Positions 27,654 to 38,087 of a stretch of DNA of 64,000 nucleotides are shown here, in pieces. Positions within the stretch are counted from its first letter, which is position 1. Each line of letters opens with the position of its first letter. Both the position numbers and the translations under genes were made by a program. The notes below the pieces were generated by a model. That model saw only the letters and a list, made by a program, of their open reading frames with translations. It made no database searches and had not been told where the DNA came from. Source of the DNA: Candidatus Hydrogenedentota bacterium (GTDB lineage Bacteria; Hydrogenedentota; Hydrogenedentia; Hydrogenedentales; SLHB01); the NCBI GenBank assembly GCA_045863295.1, contig BTWA01000004.1, forward strand, positions 192,001-256,000, written 5' to 3'.

Positions 27654-29510
27654 TCATTTGGGCGCTTTTTCCTTTTCGCCCGTTTTCTTTTTCGCTTCAA
27701 ATTTCTTTTGTTCGCGTTTTCGGGCCTGATACGCGGAGTACATGTTCTGTTTCTTCTTGGTCCGCTTTTTCTCGGGAATGTCTTCGGCGGATACGCGGAT
27801 AATCTTGTTCTGCAAAATGCCGATGACGGTGCTGACGAGAATGTAGAGGTTCAGCCCTGCCGCGAACGGATAACAGATGAGACCAAATACGACCGGCATG
27901 ATGGTCATCATCATGCGCTGCTGCGGGTTCTGCATGGGGCCGGTCTGGGGCATCATGCGCACGCTCAGAATCATGACGCCTATATTGAGCAGTGGCAACA
28001 AATGGAAATGGTCGAGGTATTTACCAAAAAAGGGCACCAACTGGAAAAAGGCCGGCAATGCGAACAGCGAGTCCGGCGCTGACAGGTCCTTAATCCAGAG
28101 GAACGGCGCACCGTAGAGTTCGTAGGCGTACCACAACATCCGGTAAAACGCGAAGAAGATTGGCATCTGCAAGAGCAACGGAAAACAGCCGCCGAGCGGA
28201 TTGACGCCGCGCTCGCGGTACATTTCCATGATTTTCTGCTGCATGACCTGGGGTTCGTCTTTGTACTTCTCGCGAATGGCTTCCATTTCCGGCTGCAGCA
28301 ACTGCATGCCCTTCATGGAGCGCATCTGTTTGATGGTGAGCGGAATCATGGCCGCACGAACCACCAGCGTCATGAGAATGATGGCGACACCATAGTTTGG
28401 AATTACGCCGTGGAACCAATTGAGCATGTTCAGCAGAAACTTGGAGAAGAGATCCATCAAGCGCGGGTATTGAAAGAAGAACAGCGCGGAATCGAGCGAA
28501 GGCCACGCCGCGGCGAGTTGCTCTTCATGATTCGGGCCGAGGTATACCTGGAACGTGTGCTCGCTGGCTTGTCCGGCGTCGAGTTGAATGCGGGGCACGG
28601 TCATTCCGAACCGGTAGGCATCGTAGGTGCCCAGACACCACGGCCGCGCGCCTTCGAACTCGGGCTTAAAGGCGGCTAGGAAATATGCGCTTTTGAGCGC
28701 AACCCACTCCAGCGAGGCCGTTCGGACGGCCCGTTCCGGGCCGGGGGTATTCGGGTCAAACTTGCTGGTGACGAGGTAGTACTTCTCGCCGGCGTCGCGC
28801 CAGATCAACGTGCTGGGAGCGCCGTTTTTCACCGGCGTGTCAAGGCGCGGACCCCAATTCAACACGTATGCCGGGGTACCGTCGTCGCGCCCGAGTACAC
28901 GCCGGTCCGCGCCGGTATTTTCGCAGGCGATGGTGACGGTCACTACATAGGGATTGTCGGTCAGGGTATACGTTTTGCGAATCGTGGCAAATCCGGGTAC
29001 AGCGAGCGCAAACGTGGCGGACTTTGCGTCTTGCTTTTCCAGCGTGAACAGCCGGCGATCGAGTTCATCGCGAATGGCCGGGTCGCTGAAACGGAGCCCC
29101 AGGGGGTAGACCGGAGTTTCGCCGGCTGCGACCAGGGTTTGTGGGACCAGGTCGAGTTTGTCCACCAGCAGTTCGGCATGTTGCACGCGCGCACCGACGG
29201 GGGTCAGGGAAAGGCGCAGGTTCGAATTCTCCAAAATGACCGGTTGGAGGTTTTCGATTTCGCTTTCGGCTGGTACCGGGGGCAACGCGAATTCGTCGGA
29301 AACGGTGAGCGAGCCAGTGGACGCGGCATCGGTGGCGGTTTGCGACTGCACACCGCCTGCCTGTTGCGGCTGCGTCTGACCGGCCGGAGGCGTATTGGCC
29401 GGCTGGCTGGGAAAGAGGTACTGCAGGCTCATCACCAGCAGCAATGTCATCAGCGCGAGGCCGATTGCCTGGCTTCGCGCTACTTTCTTATCGTTATCGT
29501 CATCCAGCAC
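27654..29510 (-). CDS. yidC: Membrane protein insertase YidC
   Basis: NYGVAII, LQPEMEAIREKYK, NPLGGCFPLLLQMPIF, WIKDLSAPD. Confidence 0.96.
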   Translation of the reverse strand: MLDDDNDKKVARSQAIGLALMTLLLVMSLQYLFPSQPANTPPAGQTQPQQAGGVQSQTATDAASTGSLTVSDEFALPPVPAESEIENLQPVILENSNLRLSLTPVGARVQHAELLVDKLDLVPQTLVAAGETPVYPLGLRFSDPAIRDELDRRLFTLEKQDAKSATFALAVPGFATIRKTYTLTDNPYVVTVTIACENTGADRRVLGRDDGTPAYVLNWGPRLDTPVKNGAPSTLIWRDAGEKYYLVTSKFDPNTPGPERAVRTASLEWVALKSAYFLAAFKPEFEGARPWCLGTYDAYRFGMTVPRIQLDAGQASEHTFQVYLGPNHEEQLAAAWPSLDSALFFFQYPRLMDLFSKFLLNMLNWFHGVIPNYGVAIILMTLVVRAAMIPLTIKQMRSMKGMQLLQPEMEAIREKYKDEPQVMQQKIMEMYRERGVNPLGGCFPLLLQMPIFFAFYRMLWYAYELYGAPFLWIKDLSAPDSLFALPAFFQLVPFFGKYLDHFHLLPLLNIGVMILSVRMMPQTGPMQNPQQRMMMTIMPVVFGLICYPFAAGLNLYILVSTVIGILQNKIIRVSAEDIPEKKRTKKKQNMYSAYQARKREQKKFEAKKKTGEKEKAPK

Positions 29511-29556
29511 CTTGGAATCTCCAGGGGTGAGGATGAGCCTGCAGGGTCGAGGTCCG

Positions 29557-29778
29557 TTACGGGACGGGGTCGTGTCCGCCTGCGCAAAACGGCTGGCATC
29601 GCATGATTCGCCATGCGCCCAGCCGGATGCCTTTCAGCACGCCGTACTTCTCGATGGCTTCCACGGCGTATTGCGAGCACGACGGGGTAAACCGGCAACT
29701 GGCGCCCATCACGGCCACCAGCATGGGCGATAGAAAGCGTTGATACATTCTGATCAACGCGATACACGCCTTACCCAT
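29557..29778 (-). CDS. yidD: Membrane protein insertion efficiency factor
   Basis: [25 protein letters not shown]. Confidence 0.95.
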   Translation of the reverse strand: MGKACIALIRMYQRFLSPMLVAVMGASCRFTPSCSQYAVEAIEKYGVLKGIRLGAWRIMRCQPFCAGGHDPVP

Positions 29779-30127
29779 TCAGTACGTCTCCCTTTTCAAG
29801 GAGCCGCCGTATCGCCTGCTGGCATTGGTGAAAATCGAGTTCCGCTGCCGCGGGCCGCGCCACAAAAACGAGATGAACGTCATCGGAAATGCGGGCGCGG
29901 TGTGTCCGGTACACTTCGCGGAGATAGCGCTTTACACGATTGCGCGTGACAGCGTCGCCGACTTTGCGCGATACGGTACAACCGAATTTGCGTCCCTGAC
30001 CCTCTTGCCGGGTGGCAAAGCAAATGAAACAAGTTCCCACGCATTTCCGGCCGTCGGTATAGACCCGGTCGAAATCGGTTTTGCGCCTGAGGCGCTCGGC
30101 CTTGGGGAATGCGTTCTCACCCGGCAC
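29771..30127 (-). CDS. rnpA: RNase P protein component
   Basis: [36 protein letters not shown] start at 30127. Confidence 0.93.
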   Translation of the reverse strand: MPGENAFPKAERLRRKTDFDRVYTDGRKCVGTCFICFATRQEGQGRKFGCTVSRKVGDAVTRNRVKRYLREVYRTHRARISDDVHLVFVARPAAAELDFHQCQQAIRRLLEKGDVLNG

Positions 30128-30147
30128 TGCAAACTCATCGCCTCGGG

Positions 30148-30282
30148 TTACTGCGCCAACCGTTTGCGGCCCTTCGCGCGGCGGCGTCGAATTACTTCGC
30201 GCCCTCCCGGCGACGCCATGCGGGCACGGAACCCGTGGGTCCGCTTGCGCTTCAGATTTGAAGGCTGAAAAGTCCGTTTCAC
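30148..30282 (-). CDS. rpmH: 50S ribosomal protein L34
   Basis: Below the ORF-track cutoff. Manual translation gives [52 protein letters not shown]. Confidence 0.98.
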   Translation of the reverse strand: MKRTFQPSNLKRKRTHGFRARMASPGGREVIRRRRAKGRKRLAQ

Positions 30283-30380
30283 TGGTGTCTCCTTTTGTCA
30301 CGTTTTCGCGAATCAAACGGCGCGGATCGCGCCGGGAATTTGCCCGAATTCTGCCCGGCGGGCTCGAATTAAATCGAAGT

Positions 30381-30410
30381 AGTATAGACATTTATTGATT
30401 CGGGAGTCAA
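30381..30410 (-). promoter_or_regulatory. sigma70 promoter of the rpmH operon
   Basis: TTGACT-18 nt-TATACT. Confidence 0.65.
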
Positions 30411-30819
30411 TTCGGGGGTCTTGGCCAAGTACGGTTGGATGAAAGCCGCCTCTCATGGAAATTGCGGTGGCAGAATCGTGCACAAGGCGAAATGGAGACG
30501 CCGCTTACGCTTTTGCCTCCTCCTGTATCTGGTTGGTCAGACTATGCGGCGCGGCTCGGGGTGTGCAGCCACGTGCCAAAGAACTTAGGAATGGGTCATT
30601 GCCCCTATAGTATGGCTTTTTTGTTGCATTTCCTTAGCGGATTGAAACAAGGGTATATGATGGATTTACGCGGTTTGCGCATTTTTGGAATAAGACGGGA
30701 TAGATCGTGGCGTCGAGGAAAGAGATTACTCTTTGATACGCCCTAACTGTATATACTGCACTAGTACTATTATTATCGACTGATCCCGGATTTCCCAAAC
30801 AAGTGGCAGCATCCTAAGC

Positions 30820-30851
30820 AAAATGATCGCACCCCGTCTACACGGGGCGCG
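30820..30851 (-). terminator. Hairpin downstream of the RND gene
   Basis: Minus strand CGCGCCCCGT-gtag-ACGGGGTGCG (one G-U) then ATCATTTT. Confidence 0.45.
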
Positions 30852-30874
30852 GGTGTTTTTCATCTGACGGACTG

Positions 30875-33800
30875 CTAGGAATTTGCACTCGCGCCCGCAG
30901 TAATTCGGAAGAAAATCGCGTAGAGTACAGGAACGACGATCAGAGTTAGTACGGTAGCAAACGTCAAACCAAATATGATGGTCACCGCCATACTCTTGAA
31001 AAAAGGATCAAGTAGCAGCGGAGCCACACCAAGCACTGTGGTCACGGCGCCCATGCTAACGGGACGTACCCGACTTGCCGCCGAATCGAGGATCGCGAGG
31101 AAAGGTTTCTTCCCCTCGCGAATCTCCATATCGATTTGATCCACAAGCACAATAGCGTTCTTAATCAGCATCCCCGTAAGACTCAAAAAGCCAAGGATTG
31201 CCATGAACTCGAACGGTGCTTGGAACATTAGAAGACCAATGGTGACTCCAATGATGGAGAGTGGCACGCAGAGCCAGATGATCAGAGGTTGGCGAATTGC
31301 GTTAAAGAGCATTACGACGATCACGACCATTGCAATGAAGCAAATGGGCAGCGTAGAGATAATGCCCTTTTGTGCTTTTTGTGAATCGCCGTATTCACCG
31401 TTCCAAATCAGCGAGTAGCCGGGAGGAAGCTCCATAGCCTCTATCTTGGGGCGAATGCGCTCGAACAATGTACTGGCGAGTTCGCCCGGGCCTGGGTCGC
31501 ACTGGGCTTGAATGGTAGGGAACCGATCTTCTCGGCGAATGATAGCGTTCTCATATGAGCTGTCGAATCTACTGACCACTTGGGTGATCGGCACGTATTT
31601 ACGCAATACCGGACTGAATACCTGAACTTGCTGGATCTCGTCCATGCTAATCCGCTCGCGCTCTGGAAGGCGCGACAGAATAGGCAACAATTTGTCGTCT
31701 TCACGATAAATCCCTACTTGGGTGCCCGAGAAGGAATACTGCAGGGATTTTCGAAGATCAGCAAGTGTTACACCTACACGGCGGGCTTGCGCTTCCGAGA
31801 ATACGGGATGCAGCAGGACCGTTTGTTGCCGCCAATCGTCCTGAATGGCAATTGCGCCGCCGTCTTCGTACATAATGGATTTCGCTTGGTCCGCGATTCG
31901 GCGCAGCATGCCGGGGTCAGGACCTCGGAACGCCGCTTCGATCTTGCTGCCGCCACCGGGTCCCAGCACAAATTTCCATGCTTTGCCTTGGGCATCGGGA
32001 TACGAAGCGTTTATTTTGGTCTGGATGCGATCAACAAGTCCGGGAATCGATCTGAAGTCTTCCACATCGACAAGCAATTGTCCGTAGCTAGTGTTGGGTG
32101 ATTCGGGGTTATAGGTGAGCATGAATCGCAATGCTCCTTGGCCGACGATCGAGGTGACCCCCGTTACCTCTTCCAGCCCGCGAACCCAGCCCGCAAGGGA
32201 TTCCAACTCGTCCCGGACTGCGTCTATGTGAGAGCCTTGTGGGAGCCAGAAGTCGACTACGAACTGTGGCCGAGTGGATTCCGGAAAGAAACCAGAAGGC
32301 ACGAGACCAAAACCGACTACCGCCAGTACCAGCAAAACCAGCAAGACCAACACGGTGGCGCTACGGAACCGTATGCAAACGCGAAGAATCCCCCGGTAGC
32401 TGCGGAAGAACCAGTTGTCATATCCCAAGTTGGAAGCTTTGCCTTTGGGGACTTTCAGAAGGTACACGCACAGGAACGGAGTCAATGTGATGGCAAACAC
32501 CCAGCTCAAAAGTAATGAGTAGGTGATGACCCAGAAGAGCGAACCTGCGTACTCACCCGTATTGTCCGGAGACAGTCCGATCGCGCCGAAGGCCAGCGCG
32601 CCAACCGCCGTGCCACCCAGAAGGGGCATGGTGGTCGAATTGATAACCCCTTTGGCGGATTCAACGTGGTCGTCGCCTGCCTGAACTCGGACCAGGATCC
32701 CTTCGGTTACGACGATGGCATTGTCAACGAGCATTCCCAGTGCAATGATCAGAGCACCCAGAGAAATCCGCTGCATGTAGATGTCTTGCATGTACATGAC
32801 AATCAAAGTGGCCATAACGGTCACGATGAGGACTATACCCATAACAAGGCTGGGTCGAAACCCCATGAACAGCCATAGAGTTACGATCACGATGATGACG
32901 GCGGCAATCAGATTGTTCATGAAACCGCCGACGGCCGTGCGCACCGATTCAGACTGGAGAGAAATCGGGGTCAGTTCGATGCCGATCGGTCTAATGGAAT
33001 CGAGTTCGGCCAGACGAGCCTGGACGGCGTCGCCCATAACGACCACATTTCCGCCCGCGACATTTGAAATACCCAGGCCAATGGCTGGCTTACCATTAAG
33101 GTACATCAAAGCCGAGGGGGGGTCTTTGATTCCTCTCGTGACGGTTGCAACATCGCCAAGACGTAGTTGCCTCGTGCCGTCGGGCGTTGCGATGAGGAGA
33201 TTGGAAATGCTTTCGACCGAATCGATTTCACCCACGGGGGAAATTTCGATGTAACGCGATCCAACCTGCACCCTTCCTGATGGCGCTACCGTGCTTTGCA
33301 ACTTCAGTGTTTGGTAAATCTCGTCTTGGGTGATCCCTTGCTGAGCGGCCCGGCTCCGTTCGATTTCGACAAAGAGAGCCTCTTCTGGCTGGCCAAGGAG
33401 CGCAATGCGCCCGACACCCGGTACCAACAGCAGTTCACGCCGGAGATCCTCGGCGTAGTCAGTGACTTCCGTGAGCGAGTACCCATCGCCAGTGACCGTA
33501 TAGAACAGCGAGAAGACATCGCCGAAATCGTCATTGACAATAATGGGCCCTGCGCCTGGGGGGAGCTCGTGCTCCACATCCTTAAGTTTATTTCGAAGTT
33601 TTCCCCACAACTGCTGAAGTTCGGCCTTGTCTTTCGAAAAGGCGCGGTTCATCTCCACCTGGACTTCCGCAACCCCCGCCTTCGATATGGAGGTAATCTT
33701 CTCAATCTCCTGCATTTGCTGCACGGCCGATTCAACTACCTCGGTAACTTCGTCGGCGACCTCCTGCGGGCGCGCGCCCTGATAGGGGACAATGACAACG

Positions 33801-33934
33801 GCTACACGGATTAAAAACTCCGGATCCTCGAACCGCCCCAGGTTCAGGTAGGCGTAATATCCACCTGCCAGGATCAACATGATACTGAGCACAGAGATAA
33901 TGGTTTTCGAGATGAAGAATTCGGCGAGTTTCAT
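30875..33934 (-). CDS. RND efflux permease (AcrB/AcrD/AcrF family)
   Basis: 1019 aa; LGRFEDPEF, ALGMLVDNAIVV, GMLIKNAIVLVD, RVRPVSM. Confidence 0.95.
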   Translation of the reverse strand: MKLAEFFISKTIISVLSIMLILAGGYYAYLNLGRFEDPEFLIRVAVVIVPYQGARPQEVADEVTEVVESAVQQMQEIEKITSISKAGVAEVQVEMNRAFSKDKAELQQLWGKLRNKLKDVEHELPPGAGPIIVNDDFGDVFSLFYTVTGDGYSLTEVTDYAEDLRRELLLVPGVGRIALLGQPEEALFVEIERSRAAQQGITQDEIYQTLKLQSTVAPSGRVQVGSRYIEISPVGEIDSVESISNLLIATPDGTRQLRLGDVATVTRGIKDPPSALMYLNGKPAIGLGISNVAGGNVVVMGDAVQARLAELDSIRPIGIELTPISLQSESVRTAVGGFMNNLIAAVIIVIVTLWLFMGFRPSLVMGIVLIVTVMATLIVMYMQDIYMQRISLGALIIALGMLVDNAIVVTEGILVRVQAGDDHVESAKGVINSTTMPLLGGTAVGALAFGAIGLSPDNTGEYAGSLFWVITYSLLLSWVFAITLTPFLCVYLLKVPKGKASNLGYDNWFFRSYRGILRVCIRFRSATVLVLLVLLVLAVVGFGLVPSGFFPESTRPQFVVDFWLPQGSHIDAVRDELESLAGWVRGLEEVTGVTSIVGQGALRFMLTYNPESPNTSYGQLLVDVEDFRSIPGLVDRIQTKINASYPDAQGKAWKFVLGPGGGSKIEAAFRGPDPGMLRRIADQAKSIMYEDGGAIAIQDDWRQQTVLLHPVFSEAQARRVGVTLADLRKSLQYSFSGTQVGIYREDDKLLPILSRLPERERISMDEIQQVQVFSPVLRKYVPITQVVSRFDSSYENAIIRREDRFPTIQAQCDPGPGELASTLFERIRPKIEAMELPPGYSLIWNGEYGDSQKAQKGIISTLPICFIAMVVIVVMLFNAIRQPLIIWLCVPLSIIGVTIGLLMFQAPFEFMAILGFLSLTGMLIKNAIVLVDQIDMEIREGKKPFLAILDSAASRVRPVSMGAVTTVLGVAPLLLDPFFKSMAVTIIFGLTFATVLTLIVVPVLYAIFFRITAGASANS

Positions 33935-33948
33935 TGCGGATGCCTTGA

Positions 33949-35301
33949 TTATGACTCCAAGGGCCGGACCCGCATGCCTTTGCGCAGGTAGGAAACCCCC
34001 GCTGTCGCTATGGTGTCGCCTGGCTTCAGCCCTTCTACAATCTCGATGCTCTTGTCCGTAAGCGCACCCGTCGTGACCGTTTGCGGCCTCACCTGCATCG
34101 TCGCGGAGTCAACCAACCACACAACCGCGCTGCCATCTGCTTCGGCGCCTACGGCCTCCACAGGCACCAACAAAGGAAATTCACCATCGAGTCGAGCTGC
34201 TTTGACGGTAACTTCCGCAGTCATTCCCGGGAGAAGCCTCACATCTGACGGAGCTTCCATTCGCAGCGTCAGCCGGTAGGTTTGGGTGGCGGAGTCAGCC
34301 TCCATGCTGAATTGGCTGAATTCCGCCGAGTAGACTCGTGATTTGTCCCCAGTCAAGACAACCGTGAAGTCCAACGTTCCGCCTGCGCTTCTGCGAATTG
34401 CGAGACTTTCCGGCACCTGCAATTCGACCTCTATTCCGCCGATATTCTGCAAGCTGAGCACCGTTTGCTTGGCCTGAATCTCTTGGAACGGATCAACGTA
34501 TATCGTTCCCACGACGCCATCGAAAGGAGCGCGCAGTTGGGTGTCGTCGAGCGCAGCCTCGGCGTCATGAACTTTAATGCGCATGGTTTCCACGCGGGCC
34601 GCAGCCGACTGAATCTCTTCGGGACGTGCGCCGGTCCGTGCTTTGTCGAGTTGCTGAGTAGCGCTGTCCACATCGCGGCTGGCGACTATTTGCGCGGTTT
34701 CCGACCTCTCAAACTCACTCTTGGCAACGAGCCCGCGATTATACATCTGCTTCTGGCGGTTGTAATCGGACAGGGCTTGATCGTTCCGGGCCGTGGCGGC
34801 GGCAAGTTGGGCTTCCAGGAGCGCGATATCTTCGGGCCGTGTCCCTGCTTTGACCACGGCCAGGTCCGCTTCGGCCGATGCCAAGTTGCTTCGAGCCTCC
34901 GCGAGCCGGTTCTCAAAGTCTCTTGGATCGAGGCGGGCGAGCAATTCCCCGACAGAATAGGACTGCCCCTCGACCGCGATAACCTCCGCGATCGCTCCAG
35001 AAACGCGAAAAGACAAATCAGACCGGGTATCAGCCCGGAGGACGGCGGGAAAGGTGCGTTGAAACGCGGCCGTCGGCGACTCGACCGTCATCATCTTGAT
35101 CGGCCGAAGCGGAGGCGTCTTATCGACACTTTCCCTTGGACTACAACCCAGATTTACAAAAAGACAACCTAGTCCGGCGAAGACGCCCACGATAGCCGGT
35201 CGCAGCGCACGGAACAAAACCGCGGAGTGGTTGCGCCACGCCCTCCAAAAGTCGAGTGCGGCCACGAAAATTCCCCCAAGCCTTCTCGAAGCAGGCCCCA
35301 T
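33949..35301 (-). CDS. RND periplasmic adaptor (membrane fusion protein); start uncertain
   Basis: LSFRVSG, LARLDPRD, coiled-coil hairpin, LRAPFDG, LLPGMT, GLKPGD. Confidence 0.88.
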   Translation of the reverse strand: MGPASRRLGGIFVAALDFWRAWRNHSAVLFRALRPAIVGVFAGLGCLFVNLGCSPRESVDKTPPLRPIKMMTVESPTAAFQRTFPAVLRADTRSDLSFRVSGAIAEVIAVEGQSYSVGELLARLDPRDFENRLAEARSNLASAEADLAVVKAGTRPEDIALLEAQLAAATARNDQALSDYNRQKQMYNRGLVAKSEFERSETAQIVASRDVDSATQQLDKARTGARPEEIQSAAARVETMRIKVHDAEAALDDTQLRAPFDGVVGTIYVDPFQEIQAKQTVLSLQNIGGIEVELQVPESLAIRRSAGGTLDFTVVLTGDKSRVYSAEFSQFSMEADSATQTYRLTLRMEAPSDVRLLPGMTAEVTVKAARLDGEFPLLVPVEAVGAEADGSAVVWLVDSATMQVRPQTVTTGALTDKSIEIVEGLKPGDTIATAGVSYLRKGMRVRPLES

Positions 35302-35384
35302 GACAATACATATTGTAACTTCGAGATGGAGCATTTACTATAGCATAGTCAATGGGGGAATTTAAAGTTTTCGGAGCCGAATCC

Positions 35385-37106
35385 ATGTGTTTCGCTCGTT
35401 CTTGCCTTATGTTGCGCGCTTTACTTTTTGGTGCACTGCTTGCCTACGTTTTTCCGTTGCGACTAGACGCCAGTGACTTGACAGGTCTACCTCCTACGCC
35501 GATTCCAAGTGTACAAGGGGCTCAGGCAGATGCTTTGGAGAATCAGATGAGCATCGCGTCCGAAGTCAGAGTCACTCTCCTGGATCTGCAGACTCTATTG
35601 TCTCGAATTAGGCTGGAAGGCGAGCAGGAGACAATCCTACTGAGTCTGGAAGAGTGCATCGCCTTTGCGATGAACCAGAATCCAAGTATCTTGGTCGCGT
35701 CAATTACTCCGGATATCGCGTCGGACAGAATTGTAGCTGCAAAAAGCGAATTCGATCCTGGGGTTCGTGCGAGCGTGGAGTCCACTGCAACCAAGTCCGT
35801 GGGGTTGCAGCGCCTCAGCCTTTTCGAGATGGCGCAACAGGCAAGTCCCCCAGAGCGAAGCAGCACGGAAGTCTCCACTTGGACAATCGAGACCGGAATG
35901 GGCGGCAAACTCCCTACAGGGTTTACCTACGATTTGAGTCTCAAACGGTCAGATTCTGACCAAGTTGTGAACGTCACAGGCGGCGACAACACGACAGAGG
36001 AAGATGGCATTGCGCTGGCCATTACTCAGCCGTTGCTGCGCGGTGCGGGAATTCGGGTCAACCGCGCGGAGATCGGGAAAGCGGAGGCTGGTCTTGCAAT
36101 AAGCGAAGCGGAATTACATCTGTTACAGCAAAACACGGTCGCGGATGCAATCCAAACATACTGGCAACTCGTGGGCGCATACGCAGCGTTACGGGTAAAG
36201 GAATCAGCCGTCCGCACCGCCGAGCAACTCCTAAACGAGACACAGGAGCGGAACGAACTAGGGGCGAGCAGCGAACTCGATGTTCTAACGGCACAGTCTG
36301 CGGTTGCCCGAAGGCAGAACGATTTGATCAACGCCTACGCGGACGTGGGGCTCGCCAGCGACAGGCTTAAGCAAATATTGAATCTTAGGGATGGCGATCT
36401 GCTCTCGAGTGCCATCATTCTTGCTACGTCGAAGACACCCGAATTGGATATGGACGGCTTGAATGACGGGGAGCCAGTCGACCAACGAGTGCGCGGGGCT
36501 TTAGAGCGGCGCCCCGAGCTTCACGTAAAAGACGCCCAGCAGGCGATAGCTGAATTGACATTGCGTCAACGCCGGAATGCCCGCTACCCACTAGTGGATC
36601 TTACCGGACGATATGTCCAAATAGATTCGGAAAACGATTTCAACGGGCTGCTAATCGGGGATTCGTCGGCCAATTCCGATTCTTGGAGCGTGGGACTCAA
36701 AGCGTCCGTCCCGATTGGAAACCGGCGCGCGCGGGCGGAATACCGGATTGCCGAGCGCCAATTTGACCAGATCCAACTGGAGCGCGATGAGATTCGAACG
36801 CTCATCGACGAGGACGTGCGGAGAGCGAGCCGGCAAACGGCCAAGAGTGGGGTACTCGTCGAAAACGCCCGCAAGACCGTCACGCTCGAGCAAGCCCGTT
36901 TCAAGGCGGAGCAAGAGCGGTTCCTGTTTGGTGATTCGACGGCGTTTCATCTAATCCAGGTGCAGGACGATCTCATTATTGAGGAGACGCGCCTCGCTCT
37001 TGCGGAAACGCAGCTTCTTGCCGCCATAGCGGACCTACAGCGCGCTGAAGGCATACTATTGTCAGACCTGAAAATCGATACCGCGGTCGAACCGATAAGC
37101 GAATAG
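35385..37106 (+). CDS. TolC-family outer membrane efflux protein
   Basis: LSLEECIAFAMNQNP, ITQPLLRG, ALERRPEL, SVPIGNR; signal peptide; GGAG SD before ATG 35385. Confidence 0.88.
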   Translation: MCFARSCLMLRALLFGALLAYVFPLRLDASDLTGLPPTPIPSVQGAQADALENQMSIASEVRVTLLDLQTLLSRIRLEGEQETILLSLEECIAFAMNQNPSILVASITPDIASDRIVAAKSEFDPGVRASVESTATKSVGLQRLSLFEMAQQASPPERSSTEVSTWTIETGMGGKLPTGFTYDLSLKRSDSDQVVNVTGGDNTTEEDGIALAITQPLLRGAGIRVNRAEIGKAEAGLAISEAELHLLQQNTVADAIQTYWQLVGAYAALRVKESAVRTAEQLLNETQERNELGASSELDVLTAQSAVARRQNDLINAYADVGLASDRLKQILNLRDGDLLSSAIILATSKTPELDMDGLNDGEPVDQRVRGALERRPELHVKDAQQAIAELTLRQRRNARYPLVDLTGRYVQIDSENDFNGLLIGDSSANSDSWSVGLKASVPIGNRRARAEYRIAERQFDQIQLERDEIRTLIDEDVRRASRQTAKSGVLVENARKTVTLEQARFKAEQERFLFGDSTAFHLIQVQDDLIIEETRLALAETQLLAAIADLQRAEGILLSDLKIDTAVEPISE

Positions 37107-37614
37107 TGGCTTTGGAAACACTCACCGTGCGCCTTTGATACGATTCCGCCAGAGAAGCGACCGCAGCTTCCGCCGAGGCGAATCAAACATCAGTGACGTA
37201 CCGGAGCTTTATCAAAAAAACAAGGACATCCATGATGAGAAAAAGTCAAGCATAAATGGAAGGTTTGTGTCCTTGTGTCCGTCAATGTGGTCGTCAAGAT
37301 ACAGTTCTTCTTGCCTTCGCGGAGGATAAGGCACTGCTGGCGAGCCACCCGAGCGCCGTGACAAGGTCTGAGTCGCTGTCCGATCCAAGACGGCATAAAC
37401 TAACCCGCCCAAGGGAGTGGGTGTCAGGCCAATACGGTCACTGTACCGTCATTGGAATCCGCATCCTCCATTGCCCATGGAAAGAAATCTTCTGTCTGTC
37501 CTTGATTTCCCCCGTACTTGTTGCCGTGGGTCTGCGCCCAAGACGCGCAAACGAATTCGCACATGACTTTAACCTAAGTAACTAGTACGGTTGCAGTATG
37601 GATGGGGCGGGGTG

Positions 37615-37830
37615 TCAAGAAGTCTTTTGGACTGAGTCGCGCCACCTTATGTGTTGGGGTTTCCCACAGGGAGTTGTCCATTCATATTTGGCAATGGAAG
37701 TAAGTTCGTTGGCGTTGTTGTAGGTGAAAGATGTCGTGGTTTTGAGGTTGGAGCCGGTGAAGCGGATGTCGTCGATGTCGGCGGTTTGGCAGAAGCCGGT
37801 GCTGAACAGGGATTGGGCGGAGGTGCGGGA
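37615..37830 (-). pseudogene. Probable RHS/YD-repeat gene remnant
   Basis: A start-less minus frame reads ...TADIDDIRFTGSNLKTTTSFTYNNANELTSI...; TTSFTYNNANELTS matches the YD-repeat pattern (TxYxYNxxNxLT). Confidence 0.5.
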
Positions 37831-37848
37831 ATGAAGACCATTTTCGTC

Positions 37849-37878
37849 CGCAGATGAGCGCCGATGGGCGCAGATGGG
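37849..37878 (+). repeat. 3x 10-nt tandem repeat CGC(A/C)GATG(A/G)G
   Basis: CGCAGATGAG CGCCGATGGG CGCAGATGGG. Confidence 0.6.
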
Positions 37879-38087
37879 ATGGATTTGAGGGGAAGCGACG
37901 AGTGTGGGGGGTGCGTGTTTGAGGCGGCTGGTCCACGTTCACGCCGATTTGCGTACCAGAGCAGCCAAGTTACTATGCCTCACTCCGGTGCGCAATGGAA
38001 TTCTCTCCGTAACGGCCGTGCCGGACGGGTATGTCATAATGCCGCGTCCGCCCATCCGGGATTCGGCGAAGCGGGAGATTTCAAACC

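Noticed and set aside
30613..30628. TGGCTTTTTTGTTGCA, a GG-N10-GC motif on the plus strand
   Set aside because: Lacks the CAC/CAT after GG and has no credible downstream gene; the nearby hairpin pairs better on the minus strand.
37107..37600. Short ORFs after tolC as possible immunity or toxin remnants
   Set aside because: No recognisable motif or strong translation signals.
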